From an uncultured Burkholderiaceae bacterium (GTDB taxonomy: Bacteria; Pseudomonadota; Gammaproteobacteria; Burkholderiales; Burkholderiaceae_B), in NCBI GenBank assembly GCA_964551305.1, contig CAZKBT010000008.1:2272-66271 (forward strand): a DNA stretch of 64,000 bases. The letters run 5' to 3'. Shown piece by piece: positions 42,096 through 54,055 of the stretch; positions within the stretch are counted from its first letter, which is position 1, and every line of letters starts with the position of its first letter. A program made the translations under genes and the position numbers. The notes beneath the pieces were generated by a model. That model was not told the origin of the DNA. It was given only the letters and a program-made list of their open reading frames with translations, and made no database searches.

Positions 42096-42521
42096 ATGGC
42101 TATTGAACGCACTCTTTCCATTATCAAACCCGATGCCGTCGCCAAGAACGTGATCGGCCAGATCGTTGCCCGTTTCGAGCAGGCGGGCCTGAAAGTGATT
42201 GCCGCCCGGTTGCAGCAGTTGTCCCGCGAAGAAGCCGAACGCTTTTACGGCGTGCACAAAGAGCGTCCTTTTTTCAAGGACCTGGTTGATTTCATGGTCT
42301 CCGGCCCCGTGTTCGTGCAGGTTCTGGAAGGCGAGAACGCGATCCAGAAAAACCGCGACCTGATGGGCGCCACCGACCCCAAGAAGGCCGAAGCAGGCAC
42401 GATCCGCGCCGACTTCGCCGACAGCATCGACGCCAATGCCGTGCACGGCTCGGACGCCGCCGAAACCGCAGCGGTGGAAATCGCTTTCTTCTTCCCGGAA
42501 AGCCAGGTTTTCAGCCGTTGA
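42096..42521 (+). CDS. ndk: nucleoside-diphosphate kinase
   Basis: 141 aa with the NAVHGSD active-site His motif. Confidence 0.97.
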   Translation: MAIERTLSIIKPDAVAKNVIGQIVARFEQAGLKVIAARLQQLSREEAERFYGVHKERPFFKDLVDFMVSGPVFVQVLEGENAIQKNRDLMGATDPKKAEAGTIRADFADSIDANAVHGSDAAETAAVEIAFFFPESQVFSR

Positions 42522-42561
42522 TCGGTTGACGCTCCCGCACTCGCACGCCGCCTTGTTCACG

Positions 42562-43713
42562 ATGTCATCGGATTCCATCAATCTTTTGGGGCTCGGGGCC
42601 GCCGAGCTGACCGACCTCGTCGGGCAGTGGGGCGGCAAGCCGTTTCGCGCCAAGCAACTGCTGCGCTGGGTGCACCAGCGCGGCGTGGATTCCTTTGACG
42701 ACATGACGGACCTGGCACGCGAGTTTCGCGGGCAGCTTGCAGAACGCTGTTCGATTCACGCGCCTGCCGTGTCAACCGAACAGCGCTCTGTCGACGGAAC
42801 GCGCAAGTGGCTGTTCGACGTCGGCGACAACAACGCGGTCGAGGCGGTTTTCATTCCCGAAGACGATCGCGGGACGCTCTGCATCTCCAGCCAGGCCGGC
42901 TGCACCGTGGCATGTCCTTTCTGTTCCACGGGCTATCAGGGCTTCAACCGCAATCTGACCACGGCCGAGATCATCGGCCAGCTGTGGTTCGCCAGGCGGG
43001 CGGTGCAGGCGGATGCGGGCGGCGCCCGGCTCGCCGATACGGCCACGGCGGCGCCGGTGTCGCGCGTCGTGAGCAATGTGGTGATGATGGGCATGGGCGA
43101 ACCGCTCCTGAATTACGATCAGGTGGTGGGCGCCTTGCGCTTGATGCTCGACGACAATGCCTATGGCTTGTCGCGGCGGCGGGTCACCGTATCCACGTCC
43201 GGCGTCGTGCCGATGATGGACCGCTTGTCCACGGACTGCCCGGTCGCCTTGGCCGTCTCCTTGCATGCGCCCAACGATGCGTTGCGCGACAAGCTGGTTC
43301 CCTTGAACCGCAAGTATCCCTTGGCCGAATTGTTGGCCGCCTGCAACCGCTACTTGGAGTTCGCGCCGCGCGATTTCATCACGTTCGAATACATCATGCT
43401 GGACGGCGTGAACGACGGCGACGATCATGCGCGCGAGCTGATCGCCATTGCGTCACAGGTTCGCTGCAAATTCAATTTGATACCTTTCAATCCTTTCCCT
43501 CAGTCGGGCTTGAAGCGTTCCTCCACGGCACGGGTGCGTCTTTTCGCGCAGCGACTGATGGATGCCGGCGTGATCACCACCGTGCGCAAGACGCGAGGCG
43601 ATGACATCGCCGCGGCCTGTGGCCAGTTGGCCGGAGACGTAAAGGACCGTACGCGCATTGCGCAGCGCTTGCCCAACCGCGCTGTCATTGCGATCAATCA
43701 GGAGCGAGCATGA
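42562..43713 (+). CDS. rlmN: 23S rRNA/tRNA adenine-C2 methyltransferase RlmN (radical SAM)
   Basis: CxxxCxxC cluster ([11 protein letters not shown]) and the conserved C-terminal [11 protein letters not shown]. Confidence 0.95.
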   Translation: MSSDSINLLGLGAAELTDLVGQWGGKPFRAKQLLRWVHQRGVDSFDDMTDLAREFRGQLAERCSIHAPAVSTEQRSVDGTRKWLFDVGDNNAVEAVFIPEDDRGTLCISSQAGCTVACPFCSTGYQGFNRNLTTAEIIGQLWFARRAVQADAGGARLADTATAAPVSRVVSNVVMMGMGEPLLNYDQVVGALRLMLDDNAYGLSRRRVTVSTSGVVPMMDRLSTDCPVALAVSLHAPNDALRDKLVPLNRKYPLAELLAACNRYLEFAPRDFITFEYIMLDGVNDGDDHARELIAIASQVRCKFNLIPFNPFPQSGLKRSSTARVRLFAQRLMDAGVITTVRKTRGDDIAAACGQLAGDVKDRTRIAQRLPNRAVIAINQERA

Positions 43714-44216
43714 CCGAGCCCATAGAGACGAGCCAAGAACCGATTCCCGCACAGGGCGCAGGCCTGTCGGCCGCGAGCGTCGGATCGACGTTGCGCGCGC
43801 TGCGCGAGGCCCGCGGCATGAGCTTGTCCGAAGTTTCCGCGCGGCTCAAGTTCTCCGTTCGCCAACTGGACGCCCTGGAGCAGGAACGGTGGGATGATCT
43901 TCCGCAAGGTGTTTCCTTGCGCGGATTGGTCAAGAACTACGCCCGCTTCCTGCAGGCGGACGCCGACGCGCTGCTGGACACGCTGGAGCGCCAGGTCGGC
44001 GCGTCCGCCGCGTCGCCCTCGGCGGCCGTCAATCGCGTCGTCAACCGTTATCAGGAAACGGACATGCCGTTGCACGACGAACCCTCCGGCCGTCCCTGGG
44101 GATGGTTGGTTATCATTTTGGTTGTTTTGCTCATCGCCGTGTTCTATGCCATAGAGCGAGCATGGATTCCCGAATCCTGGCTGATGTTCGATTGGCTGAA
44201 ATCCATACAGAAATGA
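43710..44216 (+). CDS. RodZ-like HTH membrane protein (short form)
   Basis: XRE-type HTH ([30 protein letters not shown]) plus a single TM helix. It occupies the conserved position between rlmN and ispG. Confidence 0.7.
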   Translation: MTEPIETSQEPIPAQGAGLSAASVGSTLRALREARGMSLSEVSARLKFSVRQLDALEQERWDDLPQGVSLRGLVKNYARFLQADADALLDTLERQVGASAASPSAAVNRVVNRYQETDMPLHDEPSGRPWGWLVIILVVLLIAVFYAIERAWIPESWLMFDWLKSIQK

Positions 44217-45532
44217 CGATTACCGCAGCTCCCGCGTCAGAATGCCAGCCTTTGCCCGTCGGCGCCGCCGCGCGGCGCGCGACGCGGCCGGTGCAGGTGC
44301 GATGGGGCGCAAACAGCGTGCAGGTCGGCGGGCGGGCGCCCGTGGTCGTGCAATCCATGACCAATACGGATACGGTCGATGCCGTGGCCACGGCCATTCA
44401 GGTCAAGGAACTGGCGCTGGCGGGATCGGAGATGGTCCGCATCACCGTCAACACGCCCGAAGCCGCCGGGGAAGTCCCGGCCATACGCGAGCATCTGGAT
44501 CGCATGGGCGTCGACACGCCCCTGGTCGGCGATTTCCATTACAACGGACACAAGTTGCTGTCGCAGTTTCCGGAGTGCGCCCAGGCTTTGTCCAAGTACC
44601 GCATCAACCCCGGCAACATGGGCGGCGGCAAAAAGCGCGACGACAACTTCGCCCAGATGATAGAAATCGCCTGCCGCTACGATAAACCCGTGCGCATCGG
44701 CGTCAACTGGGGCAGCCTGGACCATGAGCTGATGGCGCGCATGATGGACGACAACAATCGCCGCGCCCAGCCCTGGGATGCGCGAGCGGTCATGCGCGAT
44801 GCCCTGGTGGTGTCGGCCATCAGCAATGCGCAGCGGGCGGAGCAATTGGGGCTCTCGCCCAACGGCATCGTGCTGTCCTGCAAAGTCAGCCATGTCCAGG
44901 ACCTGATCACGGTTTATCAAGACCTGTCCACGCGTTGCGATTATCCCTTGCACCTGGGGCTCACCGAGGCGGGCATGGGCAGCAAGGGCATCGTGGCCTC
45001 CACGGCTGCGCTGGCGGTCCTGCTGCAGCAGGGCATCGGCGACACGATACGCATTTCACTGACGCCCGAGCCCGGCGGCGACCGTTCGCGCGAAGTGATC
45101 GTCGCCCAGGAAATCCTGCAAAGCATGGGTTTGCGCGCCTTTACGCCCATGGTCGTGGCATGCCCCGGATGCGGGCGCACCAGCAGCACGGTTTTCCAGG
45201 AATTGGCCGACAGCATCCAAGCCTATTTGCGCGAGCAGATGCCGGTCTGGAAGACGCGCTACCCCGGCGTCGAGACCATGAACGTGGCGGTGATGGGCTG
45301 CGTGGTGAACGGTCCGGGCGAAAGCCGCCACGCCGACATCGGCATCAGCTTGCCGGGCACGGGTGAAATCCCGTCCGCGCCGGTCTATATCGACGGAGAG
45401 CGCACCGTTACCCTGAAGGGCGAGGGCATAGCCAAAGAATTCCAGGCCATCGTCCAGGATTACGTCGAGCGGCGTTATGGCCAGGCCGTATCCGATTCAT
45501 CCCATGCCGCGGACCAACCGCGTGATCTTTAA
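44213..45532 (+). CDS. ispG: 4-hydroxy-3-methylbut-2-enyl diphosphate synthase
   Basis: TIM-barrel plus 4Fe-4S domain (VACPGCGRT ... [10 protein letters not shown]). ATGA overlap with the upstream gene. Confidence 0.95.
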   Translation: MTITAAPASECQPLPVGAAARRATRPVQVRWGANSVQVGGRAPVVVQSMTNTDTVDAVATAIQVKELALAGSEMVRITVNTPEAAGEVPAIREHLDRMGVDTPLVGDFHYNGHKLLSQFPECAQALSKYRINPGNMGGGKKRDDNFAQMIEIACRYDKPVRIGVNWGSLDHELMARMMDDNNRRAQPWDARAVMRDALVVSAISNAQRAEQLGLSPNGIVLSCKVSHVQDLITVYQDLSTRCDYPLHLGLTEAGMGSKGIVASTAALAVLLQQGIGDTIRISLTPEPGGDRSREVIVAQEILQSMGLRAFTPMVVACPGCGRTSSTVFQELADSIQAYLREQMPVWKTRYPGVETMNVAVMGCVVNGPGESRHADIGISLPGTGEIPSAPVYIDGERTVTLKGEGIAKEFQAIVQDYVERRYGQAVSDSSHAADQPRDL

Positions 45533-45541
45533 TTTAACGCT

Positions 45542-46855
45542 ATGACGCAGTCGCAAGAAACAACGCAGTCCAGACAGTTCGAGAAGGTCCGCGCCCTGAC
45601 CGGCATGAAAGATACGCTGCCGGATGCAAGCGCGAACTGGGAGCGGCTGGAGCAAACGGTTCGCGAGTGGCTGGCCGGCTACGGCTACCGCAACATGCGT
45701 ACGCCGGTTCTGGAGCATACCCGCCTGTTCACCCGCGGCATCGGCGAAGTCACCGACATCGTCGAAAAGGAAATGTATTCCTTTACCGATTCCCTCAATG
45801 GCGAAGCGTTGACGATGCGCCCGGAGTTCACCGCCGGCATCGTGCGCGCGACCATCGAGCATAATCTGCTTTACGATAGGCCGCAGCGGGTGTTTTCGAT
45901 GGGCCCGGTCTTTCGGCACGAGAAACCGCAGCGCGGCCGTTTTCGCCAATTCCATCAGATAGACGTCGAGGCCCTGGGCTTGCCAGGGCCCGACATCGAT
46001 GCCGAGATGATCGTGATGCTGGCGCGGTTATGGAAACTGCTGGGCTTGACCGACATCCGCCTGGAGATCAATTCCCTGGGCCAGGCCAGCGAGCGCAGCG
46101 CGCACCGCACGGCGCTCATCGAGTACTTGGAACAGCACACCGCGGTCATGGATGACGAAGCCAGGCGGCGGATGTACACCAACCCTTTGCGCGTGCTGGA
46201 CACCAAGAATCCCGCCATGCAGGAGATGGCCAATAACGCGCCGAAGCTGTTCGACTTCCTGGGGCGGGAATCCCTGGATCATTACGCGGGCGTCTGCGCG
46301 CGCCTGGATGACGCCGGTATTGCATACCGATTGAATACGCGTCTCGTGCGCGGCCTGGACTATTACAATCTGACGGTTTTCGAGTGGGTGACGGATCGCC
46401 TGGGCGCCCAGGGCACCGTGTGCGGCGGCGGCCGTTATGACGGGCTGATCGAGCTCCTGGGCGGCAAACCGGCGCCGGCCGTCGGATTCGCCATAGGCAT
46501 GGAACGCCTGCTGGATCTGTGCGAACAGTCCTCCGGCGCTCACGCCCAGCCCGAATGCCAAGTCTACGTGGTCCATCAGGGCGACGCCGCGCAGCGAACT
46601 GCGGCTACACTGGCGGAATCGCTGCGCGATGCGGGCTTGCGGATTATCGTCCATGCCGGATCGGCGGGCTTCAAGTCCCAGTTCAAGCGGGCGGATGCCA
46701 GCGGCGCCGTGGCGGCGGTCGTGCTGGGCTCCGATGAGCTGGCGCAGCGGGCGGCCACCGTCAAGTGGCTGCGCGTGTCGGATACCGCCGAACAGGCGCA
46801 ACAGGAAACGATCACTTTCGATCGATTGGCCGATGAATTGAAATCAAGGATTTGA
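45542..46855 (+). CDS. hisS: histidine--tRNA ligase
   Basis: Class II motifs ([30 protein letters not shown]) and an anticodon-binding C-terminus. Confidence 0.96.
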   Translation: MTQSQETTQSRQFEKVRALTGMKDTLPDASANWERLEQTVREWLAGYGYRNMRTPVLEHTRLFTRGIGEVTDIVEKEMYSFTDSLNGEALTMRPEFTAGIVRATIEHNLLYDRPQRVFSMGPVFRHEKPQRGRFRQFHQIDVEALGLPGPDIDAEMIVMLARLWKLLGLTDIRLEINSLGQASERSAHRTALIEYLEQHTAVMDDEARRRMYTNPLRVLDTKNPAMQEMANNAPKLFDFLGRESLDHYAGVCARLDDAGIAYRLNTRLVRGLDYYNLTVFEWVTDRLGAQGTVCGGGRYDGLIELLGGKPAPAVGFAIGMERLLDLCEQSSGAHAQPECQVYVVHQGDAAQRTAATLAESLRDAGLRIIVHAGSAGFKSQFKRADASGAVAAVVLGSDELAQRAATVKWLRVSDTAEQAQQETITFDRLADELKSRI

Positions 46856-46862
46856 ACGAAGC

Positions 46863-47504
46863 ATGGCATACGATTTAGAAGAACAGGAAAAACTGGATGC
46901 GTTGCGGGCCTGGTGGGACCGCTACGGCACGTTGCTGGTCATCGTCGCATTCGTCATCGTGGCCGGCGTACTGGGCTGGCGCGGCTGGCAATGGCACCAA
47001 AGCAACCAGGCGAACCAGGCCATGAGCTATTTCGAGGCGCTGGAGACCGCCAGCCGCGAAGCCGGCGATGAAGCCGTGACCCGGATCAAGGCCGCGAGCG
47101 ACACGATGCGCAGCGACTTTCCCCGGTCGGGCTATACCTCTCGCGGCGTGCTGCTGGCGGCGCACACCTTGTACGAACGCCAGGATCTCGAAGGGGCGAA
47201 AGAGCAGCTGCAATGGCTGATCGAGCAGAACACCGATCCGGCCTTGACGCCGCTCGCACGCCTGCGCTTGGCCGGCATCCTGCTCGAACAGAAGAATTAT
47301 GACCAGGCCGAGGCACTGCTGGCGGATCCGCCATCGGGCTACGCGGGGCTGTTCCTGGATCGGCGCGGCGACATCCTGCTGGCGCGCGGCAAGCCGGCCG
47401 AAGCGCGCAAGGCGTGGGAAGAGGCGCTGAAAGAGCTGAGTGGCGTGGATGCGTCGGTGCGACAAGTCCTGCAGTTGAAAATCGATGCTTTAGGTGAGGT
47501 CTGA
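46863..47504 (+). CDS. yfgM: YfgM family TPR membrane protein
   Basis: N-terminal TM anchor and TPR-like body. It sits between hisS and bamB as in many proteobacteria. Confidence 0.75.
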   Translation: MAYDLEEQEKLDALRAWWDRYGTLLVIVAFVIVAGVLGWRGWQWHQSNQANQAMSYFEALETASREAGDEAVTRIKAASDTMRSDFPRSGYTSRGVLLAAHTLYERQDLEGAKEQLQWLIEQNTDPALTPLARLRLAGILLEQKNYDQAEALLADPPSGYAGLFLDRRGDILLARGKPAEARKAWEEALKELSGVDASVRQVLQLKIDALGEV

Positions 47505-47508
47505 AATC

Positions 47509-48666
47509 ATGCGTAATTCTCTTTGCCGCCATGTCGCGCGTAATACCGCCGTGGCGTTGTGCGTCGGCCTGTTGGCCGGCTGCTCGATGTTTTCCAGCCA
47601 CGACGAACGCTACGCGCCCGCGCCCTTGACCGAATACCAGGCCGGCGTGTCGGTAGGCCAGCAGTGGTCGGTTTCGCTGGGCAGCGGCAGCGGCTATGGC
47701 TTCATGCCGACCGTGCTGGACGGCTATGTGTATGCGGCCGCGCCCAACGGCCGCGTCAGCAAGATCGATTTGGCCTCCGGACGGGTGATCTGGCAGACGG
47801 ATACAGGTATGAATCTTTCCGCGGGCGCCGGTTCCGACGGCCGCACGACGGTGGCCGCCGCCGCCGATGGAAACGTCGTGGCGCTGGATGAGAACGGCAG
47901 GGAGAAATGGCGTGTGCGCGCCACGAGCGAAGTGGCCGTTCCGCCGGTCGTGGGCGCGGGCGTCGTCGTCGTGCGCAGTTCCGACTATCGGATCCAGGCG
48001 TTCGATGCGAACTCCGGCGAGGCGCTCTGGGACGTGCAGCGGCCCGGTCCCGCCTTGGCCTTGAAGGCTTCCATGCAGATGCGCATCGTCGACGACCTGC
48101 TCATGGCCGGCCTGCCCAACGGCAGACTGATCGCCATTCACGCCCCGACCGGGAGCGTGCAATGGGAGGGCACGATCTCCACCTCGCAGGGCGCGACCGA
48201 CCTGGATCGCATCAGCGACGTCGTCGGCGCCCCGCAGATCATGGGGCCGGCATTGTGCGGCGTGACCTATCAAGGGAAAATGGTGTGCTTTGACGTGTCG
48301 CAGGGCGGCGTTCCCATGTGGGAGCAGCGCTTTTCCAGCAGCGCCGGCATGGCGATCGACCCCGGCATGGTCTATGCGCCGGACCAGCGCGATGTGGTTC
48401 ACGCGTTCGAGCTGGCTTCCGGGCGCGAAGTCTGGAAACAGGACGGGCTGCGGAATCGTCGCTTGACCGCGCCCGCCGTCGTGCATCAAGGCATCGCCGT
48501 CGGCGATCTGGATGGTTTCGTGCACTTCTTGTCGCGCGCCGACGGCAGTTTGCTCGGCCGCGTTCAGGTCGGCGGCGGCGCCATCGTATCGCCCCCGGTG
48601 GCGACGGATCGCGGCGTTCTGGTACAAACCGGAAACGGCGCATTGGTTCTGGTTGGCGTCAATTGA
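47509..48666 (+). CDS. bamB: outer membrane protein assembly factor BamB
   Basis: Lipobox LLAGCS and PQQ-like beta-propeller repeats. Confidence 0.88.
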   Translation: MRNSLCRHVARNTAVALCVGLLAGCSMFSSHDERYAPAPLTEYQAGVSVGQQWSVSLGSGSGYGFMPTVLDGYVYAAAPNGRVSKIDLASGRVIWQTDTGMNLSAGAGSDGRTTVAAAADGNVVALDENGREKWRVRATSEVAVPPVVGAGVVVVRSSDYRIQAFDANSGEALWDVQRPGPALALKASMQMRIVDDLLMAGLPNGRLIAIHAPTGSVQWEGTISTSQGATDLDRISDVVGAPQIMGPALCGVTYQGKMVCFDVSQGGVPMWEQRFSSSAGMAIDPGMVYAPDQRDVVHAFELASGREVWKQDGLRNRRLTAPAVVHQGIAVGDLDGFVHFLSRADGSLLGRVQVGGGAIVSPPVATDRGVLVQTGNGALVLVGVN

Positions 48667-50114
48667 GCACCATCGCATATAAGCCGGTCATCGCCCTGGT
48701 GGGACGGGCCAACGTCGGGAAGTCCACGCTGTTCAATCGCATCACGCGTTCGCGGGCTGCGTTGGTGGCGGATTTTTCAGGCCTGACCCGGGACCGGCAC
48801 TACGGCGAAGGCCGGGTCGGCAGCACGCCTTTCATCGTCGTGGACACAGGAGGCTTCGAGCCCGTCGCCAAAACCGGCATATTGGCGCACATGGCGCGCC
48901 AGACGCAGCAAGCCATTGCCGAGTCCGACGTCGTGATTTTCCTGGTGGATGCGCGCGCCGGCATCAACGCGCACGATCATGAGATCGCCGCCTTGCTGCG
49001 CAAAAACAACCAGCGTGTCGTCTTGGCCGTCAACAAGGCCGAAGGCATGCGCCATAGTTCGGCCGCGTCGGAATTCTACGAACTGGGCCTGGGCGAACCC
49101 CATCCCATTTCCGCCTCGCACGGCGACGGCGTCGTCGATCTGGTCGAGCAAGCCTTGTCGCTGCTGGACTTGCCGCCTGCCTCCGAAGACGGCCGGGACG
49201 AGGAAGACGGCGAGTTCGATCCCGTGGACGATTCGGTCGAAGGCCGGCTGCCCGACGTGTCCGGACAGGACGGCGACGATGCGGCTCGAGCCGCGCCGGC
49301 GCAGCATCGCATCAAGCTGGCGATCGTCGGCAGGCCCAATGTCGGCAAGTCGACTCTCATCAACGCCTTGTTGGGCGAAGAGCGCGTGATTGCGTTCGAC
49401 ATGCCCGGCACCACGCGCGACGCGATCGAGATCGAGTTCGAGCGCGACGGCGTGCCCTATCTGTTGATCGACACGGCCGGGCTGCGCCGCCGCGGCAAGG
49501 TCTTCGAGGCGATCGAAAAATTTTCCGTCATCAAGACGCTGCAGGCCATCGAGGCGTGCAACGTCGTGGTGTTGATGCTGGACGCGCATGCCGAGATTTC
49601 CGACCAGGATGCGCATATCGCGGGATTCATCCTGGAAACGGGCAGGGCGCTCGTCGTCGCCATCAACAAATGGGACGGCCTGGATTCGGAACAGCGCGAG
49701 CGCGTGCTGCGCGAGTTCGAGCGCAAGATGCGGTTCTTGTCCTTCGCCAAAATGCACACCATATCGGCATTGAAATCGGCGGGCATCAGGCCCTTGCTCA
49801 AGTCGGTCAACGCGGCGCACGCCGCCGCCTTCGCCAAGCTTTCCACGCCCAAGCTCACTCGCGCGCTGCATGCCGCGGTCGAGCAGCAGCAGCCTCCGCG
49901 CAAGGGGCCGTTCAGGCCCAAGATGCGCTACGCGCACCAGGGAGGCCAGAACCCGCCGCGCATCATCATCCATGGCAGTGCGCTGGACGCCATACCCGAA
50001 TCGTATCGCCGTTATCTCGAAAGCCGTTTTCGCCAGGAATTCAAGCTCGAAGGCACGCCGCTCAGCATCGAATTCAAGGCCTCGCACAATCCCTACGTTC
50101 AGGAGAAATCGTGA
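48663..50114 (+). CDS. der: ribosome biogenesis GTPase Der (EngA)
   Basis: Two GTPase domains ([20 protein letters not shown]) plus a KH-like C-terminus. TTG start overlaps the bamB stop (TTGA); there is no in-frame ATG upstream of the first G1 motif. Confidence 0.92.
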   Translation: MSTIAYKPVIALVGRANVGKSTLFNRITRSRAALVADFSGLTRDRHYGEGRVGSTPFIVVDTGGFEPVAKTGILAHMARQTQQAIAESDVVIFLVDARAGINAHDHEIAALLRKNNQRVVLAVNKAEGMRHSSAASEFYELGLGEPHPISASHGDGVVDLVEQALSLLDLPPASEDGRDEEDGEFDPVDDSVEGRLPDVSGQDGDDAARAAPAQHRIKLAIVGRPNVGKSTLINALLGEERVIAFDMPGTTRDAIEIEFERDGVPYLLIDTAGLRRRGKVFEAIEKFSVIKTLQAIEACNVVVLMLDAHAEISDQDAHIAGFILETGRALVVAINKWDGLDSEQRERVLREFERKMRFLSFAKMHTISALKSAGIRPLLKSVNAAHAAAFAKLSTPKLTRALHAAVEQQQPPRKGPFRPKMRYAHQGGQNPPRIIIHGSALDAIPESYRRYLESRFRQEFKLEGTPLSIEFKASHNPYVQEKS

Positions 50115-51193
50115 GCCGTTTCTGGAGCGACGATGTCGCCGATCTGATTCCCTATACGGCTGGTGAGCAGCCCAAAGTCGACAACCTGCTCAAACTCAAC
50201 ACGAACGAGCATCCGTACGGGCCGTCTCCATTGGCGTTGCAGGCGATTCGCGATGCGGCCAACGATACGCTGCGCTTGTATCCCGACTACGATTCGTCGG
50301 CGTTGCGCCAGGCCGTGGCCCGCCTGCACGGCATCGATCCCGCGCAGGTGTTCGTCGGCAATGGATCGGACGAAGTGCTCGCCCACGTATTCCGCGCCTT
50401 GTTCCGCCGCGAAGGGCGGGCCTTGTGGATGCCGGATATTTCCTACAGCTTCTATCGCACCTATGTGCAGATGTTCGATATACCGTTCAGGCTGATTCCC
50501 CTGGCCGACGATTTCTCGATAAGGGTCGACGATTACGCGGCCGACGACGGCGCGGCGCCGGCGGGCATCATCATCGCCAACCCCAATGCACCGACGGGCA
50601 TCGCGCTGGACCTGGGAGCCATCGGCGCGCTTGCCCAGGCGCATCCGGACGCGGCCGTCGTCATCGACGAAGCCTACGTCGACTTTGGCGCCCGGTCGGC
50701 GGTTTCCTTGCTGGCGAAGCACGACAACCTGGTGGTCGTCCATACCTTGTCGAAATCCCGCGCCCTGGCGGGCCTGCGTGTAGGTTACGCAATGGCCGGC
50801 AAGGCCGTCGTCGATGGGCTGAAGCGCGTCAAGGACAGCTTCAATTCCTATCCGCTGGATCGCCCGGCCCAGGCGGGAGCCCTGGCGTCGATCGAAGACA
50901 CGGCTTATTTCCACGAAAAAACGCAGCTGGTCATCCAGGCCCGCGAGGACCTGGCGCGGCGTTTGCGGGAAATGGGCTTCCAGGTTTTGCCGTCGTCGGC
51001 CAACTTCATTTTCGCCCGGCATCCCGGACACGACGCGCAGCGGATCAGCCAGGACCTGCGAGCGCAAGGCATACTCGTGCGTCATTTCAAGAATGAGCGC
51101 ATCCAGCAGTTTTTGCGGATCTCCATCGGCACGTTGCAAGACAATGACCGCTTGTGTAACGTGTTGAAAGGCATTTTGGATGATAAACATTAA
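50111..51193 (+). CDS. hisC: histidinol-phosphate aminotransferase family protein
   Basis: [19 protein letters not shown], and [13 protein letters not shown] (PLP Lys). GTG start overlaps the der stop (GTGA). Confidence 0.87.
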   Translation: MSRFWSDDVADLIPYTAGEQPKVDNLLKLNTNEHPYGPSPLALQAIRDAANDTLRLYPDYDSSALRQAVARLHGIDPAQVFVGNGSDEVLAHVFRALFRREGRALWMPDISYSFYRTYVQMFDIPFRLIPLADDFSIRVDDYAADDGAAPAGIIIANPNAPTGIALDLGAIGALAQAHPDAAVVIDEAYVDFGARSAVSLLAKHDNLVVVHTLSKSRALAGLRVGYAMAGKAVVDGLKRVKDSFNSYPLDRPAQAGALASIEDTAYFHEKTQLVIQAREDLARRLREMGFQVLPSSANFIFARHPGHDAQRISQDLRAQGILVRHFKNERIQQFLRISIGTLQDNDRLCNVLKGILDDKH

Positions 51194-51308
51194 AATTTTT
51201 CAGCGATTGCCGATAAATTCACCATGGCCTTGTGCGCATCTAGGGAAAACCCTGTAAAGTATGGGTTTCACCTTCGATATCAATAACAAAATAATTGGAG
51301 TCCAGCCA

Positions 51309-51545
51309 ATGAGCAATAAAGGGCAAACACTACAAGATCCGTTCCTTAACGCACTTCGCAAGGATCACGTGCCCGTTTCCATCTACCTGGTCAACGGCAT
51401 CAAGCTGCAGGGACAGGTAGAATCGTTTGATCAGTATGTCGTGCTATTGCGCAATACCGTCACGCAAATGGTTTACAAGCATGCCATTTCGACAGTGGTT
51501 CCGGCTCGCCCGGTGTCATTTCAAGTGGATACGCCTTCTGAATAA
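51309..51545 (+). CDS. hfq: RNA chaperone Hfq
   Basis: [18 protein letters not shown]...[13 protein letters not shown]...[10 protein letters not shown], canonical Sm1/Sm2 motifs. Confidence 0.97.
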   Translation: MSNKGQTLQDPFLNALRKDHVPVSIYLVNGIKLQGQVESFDQYVVLLRNTVTQMVYKHAISTVVPARPVSFQVDTPSE

Positions 51546-51571
51546 GCATTTACCGAAGCTGCGCCCGATCG

Positions 51572-51610
51572 AACTCCCCGCGATGCGTTTCGCATCGGCA
51601 GGGAGTTTTC
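51572..51610 (+). terminator. imperfect hairpin plus short T-run after hfq (possible attenuator before hflX)
   Basis: AACTCCCCGCGATGCG-TTT-CGCATCGGCAGGGAGTT followed by TTTC. Confidence 0.45.
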
Positions 51611-51632
51611 ATTGCTCGCCGCGGCATGGAAA

Positions 51633-52754
51633 ATGCGGAGGCCTTCTTTGAAGGCGCTGGTCATCAGCGTCGACCTTGGCAATTCGGATCATCAGGCTCA
51701 TGCCGAGGAGTTCATCATGCTGGCCAAGGGCGCCGGCGCGGACATCGTCGACGTGCTCGCCGTTCGCCGCCAGGCTCCGGACGCCAAGCATTTCATCGGA
51801 TCGGGCAAGCTAGACGAAGCGCTGCACATCGTGCGCGCCTCCGACATCGACATCGTCCTGTTCGATCAGCCCTTGTCGCCGGCCCAGCAACGCAACATAG
51901 AGCGAGTCCTCGAGCGCAGGGTCGTCGACCGGGTGGCCTTGATCCTGGATATCTTCGCGCTGCGCGCGCAAAGCCACGAGGGCAAGCTGCAAGTCGAACT
52001 GGCCCAGCTGCAGCATCTGCAGACCCGCCTGACGCGCATGTGGAGCCACCTGGAACGGCAGCGCGGCGGCATAGGGATGCGCGGACCCGGCGAATCCCAG
52101 CTGGAAATGGATAGGCGCATGATCGGCGCCAAGGTCCGCACCCTTCGCGAACGGCTCGATCGCGTGCAGCGGCAGCGGACCAGCCAACGGCGCGCACGCT
52201 CCCGCGGCCGGACGTTGTCCGTGTCTCTGGTGGGCTATACGAACGCGGGAAAGTCCACCTTGTTCAATGCATTGACGCGAGCCGGCGCCTACGCCGCGGA
52301 CCAGTTGTTCGCGACGCTGGACACGACGACGCGGCGCGTTTGGATAGAAGGGGCGGGGCAGACGGTGATTTCCGATACCGTGGGATTCATCAGGGACCTG
52401 CCGCCGACGCTGATCGCGGCGTTCAGGGCCACGCTGGAGGAAACCGTGCAGGCGGACCTGATCCTGCACGTCATCGATGCCTCCAGTGCGCAGCGAGACG
52501 AGCAGGTGCAGGAGGTCAATAAGGTCTTGCACGACATCGGCGCGGATGACGTTCCCAGAATATTGGTTTATAACAAAATTGACGCGGCGGGCTACGAGCC
52601 GCGGGTGGAGCGTGATGAACATGGTACCATTGCGCGAGTCTTTGTAAGTGCTATGGAGCGCGACGGTTTGGACGGTTTGCGTCAAGCCATCGCTGAATCT
52701 GGTCAAATCGCGGAAAACAATGCGTTCATTCACCAAAATATTCAATCTCAATGA
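51633..52754 (+). CDS. hflX: GTPase HflX
   Basis: HflX N-domain and G domain (GYTNAGKSTLFN, DTVGF). Start uncertain: ATG 51633 or TTG 51612. Confidence 0.92.
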   Translation: MRRPSLKALVISVDLGNSDHQAHAEEFIMLAKGAGADIVDVLAVRRQAPDAKHFIGSGKLDEALHIVRASDIDIVLFDQPLSPAQQRNIERVLERRVVDRVALILDIFALRAQSHEGKLQVELAQLQHLQTRLTRMWSHLERQRGGIGMRGPGESQLEMDRRMIGAKVRTLRERLDRVQRQRTSQRRARSRGRTLSVSLVGYTNAGKSTLFNALTRAGAYAADQLFATLDTTTRRVWIEGAGQTVISDTVGFIRDLPPTLIAAFRATLEETVQADLILHVIDASSAQRDEQVQEVNKVLHDIGADDVPRILVYNKIDAAGYEPRVERDEHGTIARVFVSAMERDGLDGLRQAIAESGQIAENNAFIHQNIQSQ

Positions 52755-54045
52755 TCCGGGCTGGGGTCGCGGAAACAAGAACGATAACGACAACGGTTCA
52801 GAGCCTCCGCGCCGTCCGGGCCGCAGCGACGGTCCGCCCGATCTGGACGAGGTCTGGCGCGACTTCAACAATCGCCTGGGTTCGGTTTTTGGCCGCAAGC
52901 CGAAACGGGGCGGCAATCCGTTCGGCGGCAACGGCTCGGGCGGCGGCAACGGCGGCGTCCCGGCATTCAAGGGCTCTCCCAAGCTGATCGGCGTCATCGT
53001 GGCGATCGGCGTCGCGTTGTGGCTTGCAAGCGGCTTGATGATCGTTCAGGAAGGTCAGGTCGCCGTCATCACCCGTTTCGGTCAATACACCAAGACGCTC
53101 AGTCCCGGCCTGCAATGGCGGTTGCCGTATCCGATCGAAAGCGGCCAGATGGTCAATATCTCCCAGTTGCGCACCTTCGAAGTGGGCTATCGGGGAACCG
53201 CCCGCAACAAGGTGCTGCCCGAATCCTTGATGCTGACGACCGACGAGGCCATCATCGATTTGCAGTTCGTCGTCCAGTATCGCCTGGAGCCCAACGGCGC
53301 GCCGGATTACTTGTTCAAGACCAGCCAGCCCGACGAATCCGTGCGCCAGGCGGCGGAAACCGCCATGCGCGAGATCGTCGGCAAGCATCCCATGGACTTC
53401 GTCCTGTACTCGGGACGCACCGAGGTCGCCTCCGCGGTGCACAAGCTGGCGCAAAGCATATTGGACCGCTACGAAACGGGGATACAGATCAGCACCGTCG
53501 CCATCCAGAACGTCCAGCCGCCCGAGCAGGTGCAGGCGGCGTTCGACGACGCGGTCAAGGCCGGCCAGGACCGCGAGCGCCAGATCAACGAAGGTAACGC
53601 TTATTCCAACCAGGTCTTGCCCGAAGCCGAGGGCCAGGCGGCCCGGATGGTGCAGGAGGCCGAAGGGTACCGCGCCAAGGTCATCGGCGATGCCCAGGGC
53701 GATACGGCGCGCTTCACCAGCGTCGAGACCGAGTATGCCAAGGCGCCCGCCATCACGCGCGAGCGCCTGTATCTGTCGACCATGCAGCAAATACTGGAAA
53801 ATTCCAGCAAAGTCATGATCGATGCCCAGTCCAGCAACAACATGCTGTATTTGCCGTTGGACAAAATCATGAAGGATGTGTCGAGCTCGCGCCCGGGACC
53901 CGCGCTCAGTCCAGCGGAAAGCGCCGCGGGCGCGGCCGCCGCGGCATCCGGCAATACGGCGAACAGGACCGCGCCGGCTCAGGGGCGCCAGGCTCCCGCG
54001 CCCGCCAGTCCAAACTCTCTTTCGATAAGTCCGTATTCGCGCTAG
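52720..54045 (+). CDS. hflK: FtsH modulator HflK
   Basis: GPPDLDEVWRDFNNRL, a TM helix and an SPFH/band-7 domain. The called start overlaps the hflX end by 35 nt. Confidence 0.9.
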   Translation: MRSFTKIFNLNDPGWGRGNKNDNDNGSEPPRRPGRSDGPPDLDEVWRDFNNRLGSVFGRKPKRGGNPFGGNGSGGGNGGVPAFKGSPKLIGVIVAIGVALWLASGLMIVQEGQVAVITRFGQYTKTLSPGLQWRLPYPIESGQMVNISQLRTFEVGYRGTARNKVLPESLMLTTDEAIIDLQFVVQYRLEPNGAPDYLFKTSQPDESVRQAAETAMREIVGKHPMDFVLYSGRTEVASAVHKLAQSILDRYETGIQISTVAIQNVQPPEQVQAAFDDAVKAGQDRERQINEGNAYSNQVLPEAEGQAARMVQEAEGYRAKVIGDAQGDTARFTSVETEYAKAPAITRERLYLSTMQQILENSSKVMIDAQSSNNMLYLPLDKIMKDVSSSRPGPALSPAESAAGAAAAASGNTANRTAPAQGRQAPAPASPNSLSISPYSR

Positions 54046-54055
54046 GAGACCCAAG

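Noticed and set aside
49165-49310. Acidic ~45-residue insertion (…[34 protein letters not shown]…) between the two GTPase domains of Der.
   Set aside because: It is an inter-domain linker of variable length and composition. There is no evidence of a separate function from sequence alone.
52720-52754. 35-nt overlap between hflX and hflK as a possible programmed frameshift or fusion.
   Set aside because: The overlap depends on the start-codon choice for hflK, and both proteins are complete in their own frames. This is an ordinary overlap or a slightly later start.
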